Source of the DNA: Lachnospiraceae bacterium
GTDB lineage: Bacteria; Bacillota; Clostridia; Lachnospirales; Lachnospiraceae
Assembly: GCA_014804365.1 (NCBI GenBank)
Contig: JAAUZX010000045.1
Coordinates: 2,458-66,457, forward strand
DNA: 64,000 nt
Direction: 5' to 3'
This document shows, piece by piece, positions 29,420 through 38,215 of the stretch (position 1 is its first letter; each line of letters starts with the position of its first letter). The notes under the pieces are model-generated. The model saw only the letters and a list, made by a program, of their open reading frames with translations, was not told where the DNA came from and did no database searches. The translations under genes and the position numbers were made by a program.

Positions 29420-30157
29420 ATGGAACATACAGAATTTACGATCGAGGGTAGAAATGCTGTAATCGAGGCATTTCGTGCGGGAAGAACAATAGACAAGCTG
29501 TTTGTGCAGGACGGCTGTCAGGATGGGCCGATCCTGACCATCAAGCGGGAGGCGGCTAAGTGCGGCAGTCTGATCAAGTACGTTTCCAAGGAGCGGCTGG
29601 ATCAGATGTCCGAGACAGGCAGACATCAGGGTGTTATCGCATATGCGGCGGCTTATGCCTATTCAGAGGTAGAGGATATCCTGAAGCGGGCGAGAGATAA
29701 GGGCGAAGCCCCTTTTATCTTTCTGCTGGATAATATCGAGGATCCACACAATCTGGGAGCGATCATACGTACCGCGAATCTGGCGGGAGCGCATGGTGTC
29801 ATTATTCCAAAGAACCGGGCGGTCGGGTTGACGGCGACAGTGGCGAAGGCATCCGCGGGAGCGATCAATTACACACCGGTAGCGAAGGTTACGAATCTGG
29901 GACAGACGATCGAGGAACTGAAGAAAGAAGGTTTGTGGTTCGTCTGTGCGGATATGGATGGTACCTGTATGTATGATCTGGACTTAAAAGGTGCGATCGG
30001 TCTGGTGATCGGCAGCGAGGGAAACGGCGTGGGGCGTCTTGTGAAAGAAAAGTGCGATTTCGTGGCGGCGATTCCGATGAAGGGTGATATTGATTCACTC
30101 AACGCTTCGGTGGCAGCCGGTGTACTGGCCTATGAGATCGTCAGACAGCGGCAGTAA
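29420..30157 (+). CDS. rlmB: 23S rRNA (G2251-2'-O)-methyltransferase, SpoU family
   Basis: EGRNAVIEA, HQGVIA, DPHNLGAIIRTA, GSEGNG, SLNASVA. Confidence 0.93.
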   Translation: MEHTEFTIEGRNAVIEAFRAGRTIDKLFVQDGCQDGPILTIKREAAKCGSLIKYVSKERLDQMSETGRHQGVIAYAAAYAYSEVEDILKRARDKGEAPFIFLLDNIEDPHNLGAIIRTANLAGAHGVIIPKNRAVGLTATVAKASAGAINYTPVAKVTNLGQTIEELKKEGLWFVCADMDGTCMYDLDLKGAIGLVIGSEGNGVGRLVKEKCDFVAAIPMKGDIDSLNASVAAGVLAYEIVRQRQ

Positions 30158-30259
30158 TGACGGTATGCAATGCAAGTTTCGAGCATATTTGACGTATGAG
30201 GATTACGGCAGTGTGCAGAGTTAATTTGCGGCGGTAAGTGGAAAGTCAGATGATTTGAG

Positions 30260-31972
30260 ATGAGAAAAATAAATGAAATATTAGTGGTGATGATCTTCAT
30301 ATTGACGGCGGTCCTGGCGGCTGCAGTCTGTTTCAAGGCATATGATGTATATGATACAAACAGGCGGCTTGCCAAAGAGCAGGAAGAAATGGAAGTGCAT
30401 CGGATATTCGTGCGGAATCAGGAAGCCCAGAATCGCGTTATGGAAATGGAAGCGGAGATTCAGGAACTGACCGGTGATGTGACCGGGCTGGAACAGTTGA
30501 TCGCGCGGATTCAAAGCGGCGGTCAGACCGGTTCTGTCAGTCAGGATGATATGGAGGAAACTACCGTTTCCGTGAATCGAACGGTGTCGGGGAATGTTTC
30601 GGTATCCGGTAATGGGACAGTATCAGGTAATGGTACGGTGTCAGGTAATGTGACAGTATCGGGCAACGTTACGATATCCGGCAATGGCACGGTGTCGGGT
30701 AACGCAACAGTGTCGGACGGCGCTACGGTATCCGGCAATGGCATGGTGGCAGGCGACGAAACAGTGTCGGGGAACATCGGGGTGTCATCGGATGATTTCT
30801 TCCGACGTGGTTTTCCGGGATGGGTGGGAGAAGGTACGGTATCGGGTAACTATTCTGTTTCGGGGAATTTCCCGTCACTTATGCCTGACGGCGTGCCGGA
30901 CAATGGAGAGATCAATTATTATGACGGATCTATGACGGAGAGCAGTATCTTCGACGCGTGGCGCGGCATCTATGAGCAGTCTGACGGTATGTCGCTGGAA
31001 CAGAGGAGAGAACTGCGTACATCTTTTCAGGAGACTTTGGAAGTTAACCAGTCGGACAGAGAGCGGATTGCAGAGAATAAATTTGATTTTTCAGGATTAA
31101 AAATAGCCTGTCTGGGTGACAGCATTACCGCGGCGGCTAATCTGGAGAACGAGGAAGGGTATCAGCAGTATTCTTATCCTGCAAGATTGAAAGAACTGTT
31201 AGGGGCGGAAGAAGTCTATAATCTGGGGATAGGTGGTTCTTCCATCGGACGGTATTGGTCGGATCCTTATGTGGACCGCTATCAGGAAATACCGGAAGAT
31301 GTGGATGTGATTATCGTCATGGGAGGCACCAATGACGGCTTCTGTGTTTCTGACATGGAGTTCGGTAACCTGGAAGAGCGGGCCTACCGCACCTTTTGCG
31401 GAGATCTGGACGAGCTGATGCGCGGGCTGCGTGAGAATTATCCGGATGCAGAGATTTTCTTCGTTACGCCTCTGCCGAATATATTGCAGGATTATCTGAT
31501 GAATGAGCGGGATTATCTGTTACCGCAGAAGCAATTTGCGGACGTGATACTGACACTGGCACAGGAATATGATTATGAAGTGATTGATCTGTATAACTCT
31601 AATATTCTGGACTCTCATGATGCGAATGTGGTGGCGGAGTATATACCGGACGGCGTGCACGGTAACTATGCGGGATATCAGGTTATGGCGGAGCATTTTG
31701 CGGCGGAGATTATAGAGTACTATGATGAGAATGCGGACGATGAGGCAGGAGCGGAAGAAATAAGCGATACGGAAGAAGAGATGGATGGAGAAGAGACTGG
31801 CGAGGAAGCGGAAGAGCCTGATTCGGAAGAGAAAAACGGTACGGAAGAAGAGGCAGAATCGGTAGGAAAGAGCGGTAGGGAGGAAGAGTCTGAAACAGCA
31901 GGAAAGCGTGGTACGGAAGAAGAGACGGAAACGGCGGGAAGCGGTATAGAAGAAGATATTGAATGGGAATAG
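30260..31972 (+). CDS. Membrane-anchored SGNH/GDSL hydrolase with coiled coil, TVSGN repeats and acidic tail
   Basis: N-terminal TM; blocks CLGDSIT, GIGG, GGTND, DGVH. Confidence 0.85.
   Translation: MRKINEILVVMIFILTAVLAAAVCFKAYDVYDTNRRLAKEQEEMEVHRIFVRNQEAQNRVMEMEAEIQELTGDVTGLEQLIARIQSGGQTGSVSQDDMEETTVSVNRTVSGNVSVSGNGTVSGNGTVSGNVTVSGNVTISGNGTVSGNATVSDGATVSGNGMVAGDETVSGNIGVSSDDFFRRGFPGWVGEGTVSGNYSVSGNFPSLMPDGVPDNGEINYYDGSMTESSIFDAWRGIYEQSDGMSLEQRRELRTSFQETLEVNQSDRERIAENKFDFSGLKIACLGDSITAAANLENEEGYQQYSYPARLKELLGAEEVYNLGIGGSSIGRYWSDPYVDRYQEIPEDVDVIIVMGGTNDGFCVSDMEFGNLEERAYRTFCGDLDELMRGLRENYPDAEIFFVTPLPNILQDYLMNERDYLLPQKQFADVILTLAQEYDYEVIDLYNSNILDSHDANVVAEYIPDGVHGNYAGYQVMAEHFAAEIIEYYDENADDEAGAEEISDTEEEMDGEETGEEAEEPDSEEKNGTEEEAESVGKSGREEESETAGKRGTEEETETAGSGIEEDIEWE
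30563..30870 (+). repeat. Coding hexapeptide tandem repeat (xTVSGN)n
   Basis: About 12 contiguous units plus two further units; codons are synonymously diverged. Confidence 0.9.
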
Positions 31973-32085
31973 ACGGACGGAATAGGAAAACTGTGCCGGG
32001 CAACCATACGGAAGAAGAAATTAAGGTAGTAAGGCAAAACAGTCAGAAAAACTGCGCTAAAGATACCAGTAAAATGAGGATTCAT

Positions 32086-32703
32086 ATGGACAAGGGCTAT
32101 GAACAGTATAGTGATGAGGAACTTATCGTCCGGCTTCGTGACGGAGACGAAGGCATCACGGAATACCTTATGAATAAATATAAGAATCTGGTTCGGAGTA
32201 AGGCCAGATCCATGTACATTCTCGGAGCTGACAACGATGATCTGATTCAGGAGGGTATGATCGGATTATTCAAGGCACTGCGGGATTATGACATCGGCAG
32301 GGACGCCAGCTTCCTGACTTTTGCAGATCTGTGCGTATCCAGACAAATGTATACGGCGGTGCAGGCTTCCAGACGGCAGAAGCATATTCCGCTCAATACT
32401 TATGTGTCTCTGTATGGCAGTGCGGGCGTGAATCGTGACGGGGAGGAAGAAGAGCTGGTTAATGTATTGGCCTCCCGTACAGGTCAGAATCCCGAAGATG
32501 TTGTGATTGACAGAGAGAACGTAGTGCGGTTGGAACAGACGATTGAGAGAGAACTCAGCAGCTTCGAGAAGCAAGTGCTGGACTTGTATCTGACAGGTAT
32601 GGGATACCAGCAGATTGCCAGAGTGCTGGGCAGAGATGAGAAATCCACCGACAATGCACTGCAGAGGATCAAAACTAAACTGAAGAAAGCAATCAATTGT
32701 TGA
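32086..32703 (+). CDS. sigH: RNA polymerase sigma factor SigH
   Basis: DDLIQEGMIGLFKA, RQKHIPLNTYVSL, DNALQRIK; conserved position after rlmB. Confidence 0.93.
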   Translation: MDKGYEQYSDEELIVRLRDGDEGITEYLMNKYKNLVRSKARSMYILGADNDDLIQEGMIGLFKALRDYDIGRDASFLTFADLCVSRQMYTAVQASRRQKHIPLNTYVSLYGSAGVNRDGEEEELVNVLASRTGQNPEDVVIDRENVVRLEQTIERELSSFEKQVLDLYLTGMGYQQIARVLGRDEKSTDNALQRIKTKLKKAINC

Positions 32704-32729
32704 CAAATTCGAAAAGACTATGATATACT
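32700..32729 (+). promoter_or_regulatory. sigma-A promoter of the tRNA gene
   Basis: TTGACA-18 nt-TATACT with extended TG; the -35 box overlaps the sigH stop codon. Confidence 0.65.
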
Positions 32730-32766
32730 ACAATTCGGTGATTGTGCTTGGCACAGTCATCGGAAT

Positions 32767-32839
32767 GCTGCTGTGGCTCAGTCGGTAGAGCGTCGCATTG
32801 GTAGTGCGGAGGTCACGGGTCCGATTCCCGTCAGCAGCT
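32767..32839 (+). tRNA. tRNA-Thr (GGT)
   Basis: Acceptor GCTGCTG/CAGCAGC, D-arm GCTC/GAGC, anticodon loop TT-GGT-AG, T-arm ACGGG/CCCGT; CCA not encoded. Confidence 0.95.
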
Positions 32840-32843
32840 TATG

Positions 32844-32873
32844 AAATCCCTAGTATTTACTAGGGATTTTGTT
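32844..32873 (+). terminator. Intrinsic terminator after tRNA-Thr
   Basis: AAATCCCTAGTA-TT-TACTAGGGATTT-TGTT. Confidence 0.75.
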
Positions 32874-32896
32874 GTATATGACAGGGAGGAACGGAC

Positions 32897-33664
32897 GTGA
32901 AACAATACCGCAATTACATATTCGATCTATACGGCACACTGGTAGATATCCGTACCGATGAGACGGAACGGAAGCTGTGGGAGCATTTGAGCCTGTTTTA
33001 CGGTTATTACGGAGCGCGGTATGAGGCGGAAGAACTGCACCAGGCTTATCTTGCTTCGGTACAGGGCAAGGAGAAAGCGCTTAGTAAAGAGCATGCCGTA
33101 CAGTATGCCCATGAGGCTTATCCTGAGATTCCGATTGAAGAGGTGTTTCGGGAACTGTATGAGGCTAAAGGGGTCAGTCCGAATCAGCAGCTTACCATTC
33201 ATACGGGGCAGATGTTTCGGGCATATTCCACGAAATATATCCGTATCTATCATTATGCGAAAGAACTGCTTGCAACGCTCCGGGAGGCAGGCAGAGGCGT
33301 ATATTTGCTCTCCAATGCGCAGCGTATTTTTACGGAGTATGAATTGCATTATCTGGGGATTCATGATCTCTTTGATGGGATTCTGATCTCTTCCGATCAC
33401 GGGTGCAGGAAGCCTGATGAGCGTTTTTACCGGATACTGTTTGATCGATACGGGCTGCAGCCGGAGGAGTCGCTGATGATCGGCAACGACATGGATACCG
33501 ATATTGCGGGCGCGAAACAGGTGGGCATGGACAGCTTCTATATTCATTCTGCCATATCGCCGCGGTCACAGAAGACGATTGAGGAAACGGATAATATGGC
33601 GGATTACGTTATGAGCCGTATGAATCTGCGCATGTTGTGCGGTCGGCTTCTTGCCACTGACTGA
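32897..33664 (+). CDS. HAD family hydrolase
   Basis: IFDLYGTL, LLSN, KPD, MIGND..DIAGA; GTG start with RBS GGAGG. Confidence 0.9.
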   Translation: MKQYRNYIFDLYGTLVDIRTDETERKLWEHLSLFYGYYGARYEAEELHQAYLASVQGKEKALSKEHAVQYAHEAYPEIPIEEVFRELYEAKGVSPNQQLTIHTGQMFRAYSTKYIRIYHYAKELLATLREAGRGVYLLSNAQRIFTEYELHYLGIHDLFDGILISSDHGCRKPDERFYRILFDRYGLQPEESLMIGNDMDTDIAGAKQVGMDSFYIHSAISPRSQKTIEETDNMADYVMSRMNLRMLCGRLLATD

Positions 33665-33779
33665 CATATGGTGTAAAATTAATTTCAAGGCTGACGGATT
33701 AAGATAGACAAGGTTATCAGCATATAATAAGAGTAACATAACGCGGGTCTGCTTTTAACAGCGGACAGAAACGGAGGGG

Positions 33780-34061
33780 ATGATGGATTTTTTTGACAGA
33801 ATCGGGGAGACGATCACAACCAAAGGAAGGGAAGTGACGGATAAGGCGAAGGATATGGCTGAGGTGGCGAATCTGAAAGGGCAGATACATACCTGTGAGG
33901 ATATTATCAAGAAACGCTACACCGAAATCGGCAGAATCTATTACGATAAACATGGTTCTACACCGGAGGAAGAGTATGAGGATGCGTGCAGAGATATCGA
34001 GAATGCCCAGAATACGATCGTAGATCTGGAAGCTAAGATCAGGGAGATCAAGGGTATATAG
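33780..34061 (+). CDS. Small coiled-coil hypothetical protein
   Basis: RBS GGAGGGG; 93 aa helical sequence. Confidence 0.7.
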   Translation: MMDFFDRIGETITTKGREVTDKAKDMAEVANLKGQIHTCEDIIKKRYTEIGRIYYDKHGSTPEEEYEDACRDIENAQNTIVDLEAKIREIKGI

Positions 34062-34111
34062 CGCTGAGACTATATTCTACAAGAAATCAAGCGGCAGTAC
34101 ATATGATTTAT

Positions 34112-34160
34112 AAAAAGGCAGGTACAGAGTTTGTATAGAGTCTGTACCTGCCGTCTTTTT
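34112..34160. terminator. Bidirectional terminator between the small gene and PBP1A
   Basis: AAAAAGGCAGGTACAGA...TCTGTACCTGCC-GTCTTTTT. Confidence 0.7.
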
Positions 34161-34242
34161 GTTCTATAGGAAATTCCTACGTTCATGCACGAGTTCACGA
34201 AGCGAATCTCGCAAAGTTAATTTGCGAAGCAAATTTACTTTT

Positions 34243-36972
34243 TTACTGTGCCTCAGGCTGCGGCTGTTCCGCCGCCTGTTGTGCGGCCGCCTGTGCCGCT
34301 GCTGCTGCGGCAGCGTTACGCTGTTCTATCTCCGCCCGCTGTCCGTTTACGATCGCTTCCCAATCGGGATTCGCGAAAAACTCTGCATTGTGAGGACACA
34401 TATTGGTCTGCGGCGTCGGTGCAGGTGCGGGAATAATGGAGCCATCTTCGCCGACGACGGGCTCTTCCGGTGTCTCAGGCTGTGTCAGTGCCGAACCGGA
34501 ACCGCTCTGCAGGGAGACATCTTCGATCGGTGTAAGTTCAAGCACGCCCTCTACCTTGAACGGACATCCTTCACATGCGGGCAGACTGCTGTATGTGCAG
34601 ACCTGACCGGCATAATGTACGTCGCAGGTTTCTGTGGGTACAGTTCCCTCGGCGAAGTATTCTGAGCGGAGAGTGCCGCTGCATAACCCGTCAATCGGCA
34701 GTTTGCCGGAGCGGGAACATACCGTAGCAGTCACGATGCCGGAAGGAACATTGAACGGTTCGTTAGGCAGTCCTTCATGGATCTTAGACATGACGGTACG
34801 CCACAGCTTCTTGGCAAGATTCTTTTCATCTCCGGTAAGTTTAACGTTATTATCAAATCCGGCCCAGGTAGTTGCCGTATAATAGGGTGTATAGCCGGAG
34901 AACCACACATCGTTGTAGTCCGAGGTCGTACCGGTTTTGCCGGCCATAGCCATGTCGCTGAAATGCACAGAGCCTCCGGTTCCTACCGTGACCACGTCCA
35001 CCATGGCGTTGGTCAGCAGGAATGCAGTAGTTTCCTTAATTACCTGTCTGGACTGAGGCATTGTATTGTCTAAGATGATATTGCCGTCGTGATCAAGTAC
35101 CTTCGTGTACAGCTTGGGTTTGATGTAAGTGCCGCCGTTGGCAATACATGCATAGGCAGCGTTTAATTCTTCATTTGTGACACCGTTCGTAATACCGCCC
35201 AGCGCCAGTGCCTGCTGGATATCGGAGTATATTTTTCCGTTGATCTCTTTGCGTTCTTCCAATGTGGTAAAGCCGAAGTTCGTCAGATAGTCATAACCGA
35301 GCTGCGGCGTGATCTGTGTCAGTGTCTTGACGGCGACGATATTCATGGACTGCGCGATACCTTCCCTGAGTGAAGAGAGCCCTCGGTAAGTCTCTCCGTA
35401 CCAGTTTGCTACAGGGCGTCCGTCCGCATAATTAAACGGTGCGTCGTTCATTACTGTGGCAAGAGTAAGTCCTGCGCTGTCAAAAGCCGGTGCATAGGTC
35501 GATACAACCTTAAAGGTGGAACCGGGCTGTCTGGTGGTGTCTGTTGCACGGTTCAACGTCCGGCTTCCCGATTTGGCACCGCGACCGCCTTCCATGGCAA
35601 CGATATAGCCGGTGCTCTGGTCCTCTACCACAATAGATACCTGCGGCTGGGGTGTTAAGCTGATGGTTTCGCCGAATACCTCATCGCCAGATCCCATAAC
35701 GGCTTCCTTGTATAATTCGATATCCTGATATGCTTCTTCCTGAGAGGTATAGATCAGGTTATAGGACTTGGAACGGTTATCTCTCCAGAAGGTACGGAAC
35801 ATTTCCGTGCTGTGATTTTCCCGGTCGCCGTTGCTTTTCTCTATGGTCAGTTCATAATTCAGATACCATTTCGTATTGGCGGGGAAGTTGGTCTCATCTG
35901 CAAAAGTCTCGTCGCAGATTCGCTGGATCTTCGGGTCCTGCGTGGAATAAATCTTCAGACCGCCGCTGTAGAGCAGTGTAAATGCCTGTGTTTCATTATA
36001 TCCGGCAGCAATCAGATCTTCCAGAACATCTTCCGTCAGTGCATCTACGAAGTATGTATTGACGGCGGAATCCTCATTCTCGGAATCGGCGATCTGGATG
36101 CGGGAATATACGTCGTCCGCCATCGCCTCATCATACTGCTCCTGTGTAATATAGCCTTCCTTCTTCATGTCGTTCAGTACTTTTTCACGACGCTTAGCGT
36201 TCTCGTCGGGGTGTGTGATCGGATTGTATCTGGAAGGATTCTGGGTGATTCCTGCGATAACAGCGCACTCCGACAAGGTCAGATCGCTGACGGACTTGTT
36301 GAAATAGCGCATGGAAGCAGCCTGAACGCCCAGTGTATTCTGCCCTAAATTAATAGTGTTCATATAGTTGATCAGGATAGAGTCCTTATCCATGACTTTT
36401 TCAAGTTCCAGGGCCAGATACTGTTCCTGTATCTTACGTTTTAACCGGTCGGCAAAAGAATCTTCGCTGGTCCAGTTCGTAAAGACATTATTCTTGAGAA
36501 GCTGCTGTGTGATCGTGCTGGCACCCTCTGTGAATTCACCGCCCTTTAATGTATTTTCTATGCCCACTTTGGCGGCACGGATGATGCCCTTGATATCGAT
36601 GCCGTTGTGGTCATAAAAACGGGCATCTTCCACGGCTACGAAGGCGTTCTGAAGATCCTTGGGAACCATGTCGATGGAAACGGGGATTCGGTTGGAATTC
36701 GTAGATACCAGCTTCGCAATCTGTCTGCCTTCTATGTCATATGCAAAAGTGGAAAAACCCGTGGGTGTAACGTCGATATTGCCGATGTCCGGAGCCGTGG
36801 CGAGTACGCCTTTGAAGATACCGATACCGGCGCTGATGCCGATGATCCCCACACCGATTATGGCGACCAGACACAATTGGATAAAAGTGAATCCGAATTT
36901 TCTTGCCCACTTAGTGGATTTAGAGTGAAGTGCCTGCTGTTTCTTGCGGACACCTTTTTTTCCATAATTCAT
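34243..36972 (-). CDS. Class A penicillin-binding protein (PBP1A family)
   Basis: Transglycosylase EDARFYDHNG, GASTITQQL, RKIQE; transpeptidase STFK, SMN, KTG; RBS AGGAGG before MNYGKK. Confidence 0.93.
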   Translation of the reverse strand: MNYGKKGVRKKQQALHSKSTKWARKFGFTFIQLCLVAIIGVGIIGISAGIGIFKGVLATAPDIGNIDVTPTGFSTFAYDIEGRQIAKLVSTNSNRIPVSIDMVPKDLQNAFVAVEDARFYDHNGIDIKGIIRAAKVGIENTLKGGEFTEGASTITQQLLKNNVFTNWTSEDSFADRLKRKIQEQYLALELEKVMDKDSILINYMNTINLGQNTLGVQAASMRYFNKSVSDLTLSECAVIAGITQNPSRYNPITHPDENAKRREKVLNDMKKEGYITQEQYDEAMADDVYSRIQIADSENEDSAVNTYFVDALTEDVLEDLIAAGYNETQAFTLLYSGGLKIYSTQDPKIQRICDETFADETNFPANTKWYLNYELTIEKSNGDRENHSTEMFRTFWRDNRSKSYNLIYTSQEEAYQDIELYKEAVMGSGDEVFGETISLTPQPQVSIVVEDQSTGYIVAMEGGRGAKSGSRTLNRATDTTRQPGSTFKVVSTYAPAFDSAGLTLATVMNDAPFNYADGRPVANWYGETYRGLSSLREGIAQSMNIVAVKTLTQITPQLGYDYLTNFGFTTLEERKEINGKIYSDIQQALALGGITNGVTNEELNAAYACIANGGTYIKPKLYTKVLDHDGNIILDNTMPQSRQVIKETTAFLLTNAMVDVVTVGTGGSVHFSDMAMAGKTGTTSDYNDVWFSGYTPYYTATTWAGFDNNVKLTGDEKNLAKKLWRTVMSKIHEGLPNEPFNVPSGIVTATVCSRSGKLPIDGLCSGTLRSEYFAEGTVPTETCDVHYAGQVCTYSSLPACEGCPFKVEGVLELTPIEDVSLQSGSGSALTQPETPEEPVVGEDGSIIPAPAPTPQTNMCPHNAEFFANPDWEAIVNGQRAEIEQRNAAAAAAAQAAAQQAAEQPQPEAQ

Positions 36973-37210
36973 GATACTCCTCCTTAGGTTGATAGTCCCC
37001 CTCAATGGACACATAATACCTTGCAATGCGATCAGGATTAAGAATGGCCGGCTGATTTAATATGCAAAAAGGTACTATAAACCTATCATGCATTATAGCA
37101 AAGTTTTCGGGCTAAATAAAGGGTTTTTCTTCCATATTAAGAATTGTTTACGATTCTGTGCAGTTTTATACATGGGACAAATTGATGTTCAGGGGGAGGT
37201 GGGGACGGAC

Positions 37211-37362
37211 GCTCAGAGGGAAGGCAATATCTACGGAGCCGCGCTTTCGCTCCGTTCCGAGCGTAGCAGACACTAAGCTCGTGAGTTGCGGGGCAACTCA
37301 TGACCTCGCTAAGTGCTGACGCTCTCCAAGGGGCTCCTTAAGATATTGTCTTCCCTCTGAGC
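37211..37362 (+). repeat. Dispersed palindromic element, family B, full copy
   Basis: 22-bp inverted ends GCTCAGAGGGAAGGCAATATCT / AGATATTGTCTTCCCTCTGAGC with nested internal hairpins. Confidence 0.85.
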
Positions 37363-37570
37363 TGGTTTGTCGGATACCCGTGGAGGAGGGAGATTGTACC
37401 TGAGGCTGCTGTATTGAAGGGCTGTATTGGTGAACTGTTGCTTGACGCTTTGTTGTTTGACGTAGTAGTATTAAAAAAGCGGACATATCCGTACTTGGGT
37501 CTGGCTGCGTATAAGAACAATATAATATGGACTATAGATGTATTATAAACGGAGCGTATAGGGATATCAT

Positions 37571-38215
37571 ATGGAAGACGGGCATGGTTTTGAGCCATAT
37601 AAGATTATAGAATATGGGGGCACTGGGGAAATCGAGGAGAAAAAATCTCGTTTTATCGCACATGTTGCGGCGGTAAGTACCGAGGAGGAAGCGCTGGCTT
37701 TTATCGAAGGAAAGAGAAAGCAGTTCTGGGATGCGCGGCATAACTGTTATGCCTATATTCTCGGAGAACAGGCGCAGACAATGCGATTTTCCGATGACGG
37801 GGAACCTACGGGAACAGCGGGAAGGCCGATCCTTGAGGTGCTTATGGGTTCGGGCATCCGGAATATTGTTGTGGTGGTGACCAGATATTTCGGCGGTACA
37901 CTTCTGGGAACCGGCGGGCTTGTGCGGGCCTATACGAAGGCGGCGCAGGCAGGGATCGCGGCAAGCGATGTACGCGAGATGAGCTATGGGTATGAGATGA
38001 CCATCGTGACAGATTATAACGGTATCGGTAAGATACAGTATTTGTTGGCACAAAGGGGTATACCGGTGAGGGAATCCGATTATGCCGAGCAGGTGACTGT
38101 GCGGGTAAAGATTCCCTATGAAGAAAAAAACGCCGTGACGAATGAGATCACGGAAGCGACAGCAGGTAAGGCTAAGATTACGGTTGGTGAACCGGCTTAT
38201 TATAAAAAGGAATGA
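37571..38215 (+). CDS. YigZ/IMPACT family protein
   Basis: EKKSRFI, ARHNCYAY, SDDGEPTGTAG, VTRYFGGTLLGTGGLVRAY. Confidence 0.93.
   Translation: MEDGHGFEPYKIIEYGGTGEIEEKKSRFIAHVAAVSTEEEALAFIEGKRKQFWDARHNCYAYILGEQAQTMRFSDDGEPTGTAGRPILEVLMGSGIRNIVVVVTRYFGGTLLGTGGLVRAYTKAAQAGIAASDVREMSYGYEMTIVTDYNGIGKIQYLLAQRGIPVRESDYAEQVTVRVKIPYEEKNAVTNEITEATAGKAKITVGEPAYYKKE

Noticed and set aside
32767-34061. tRNA-Thr as an island or prophage attachment site
   Set aside because: No integrase, no duplicated tRNA 3' end seen, and downstream genes look like ordinary chromosomal genes
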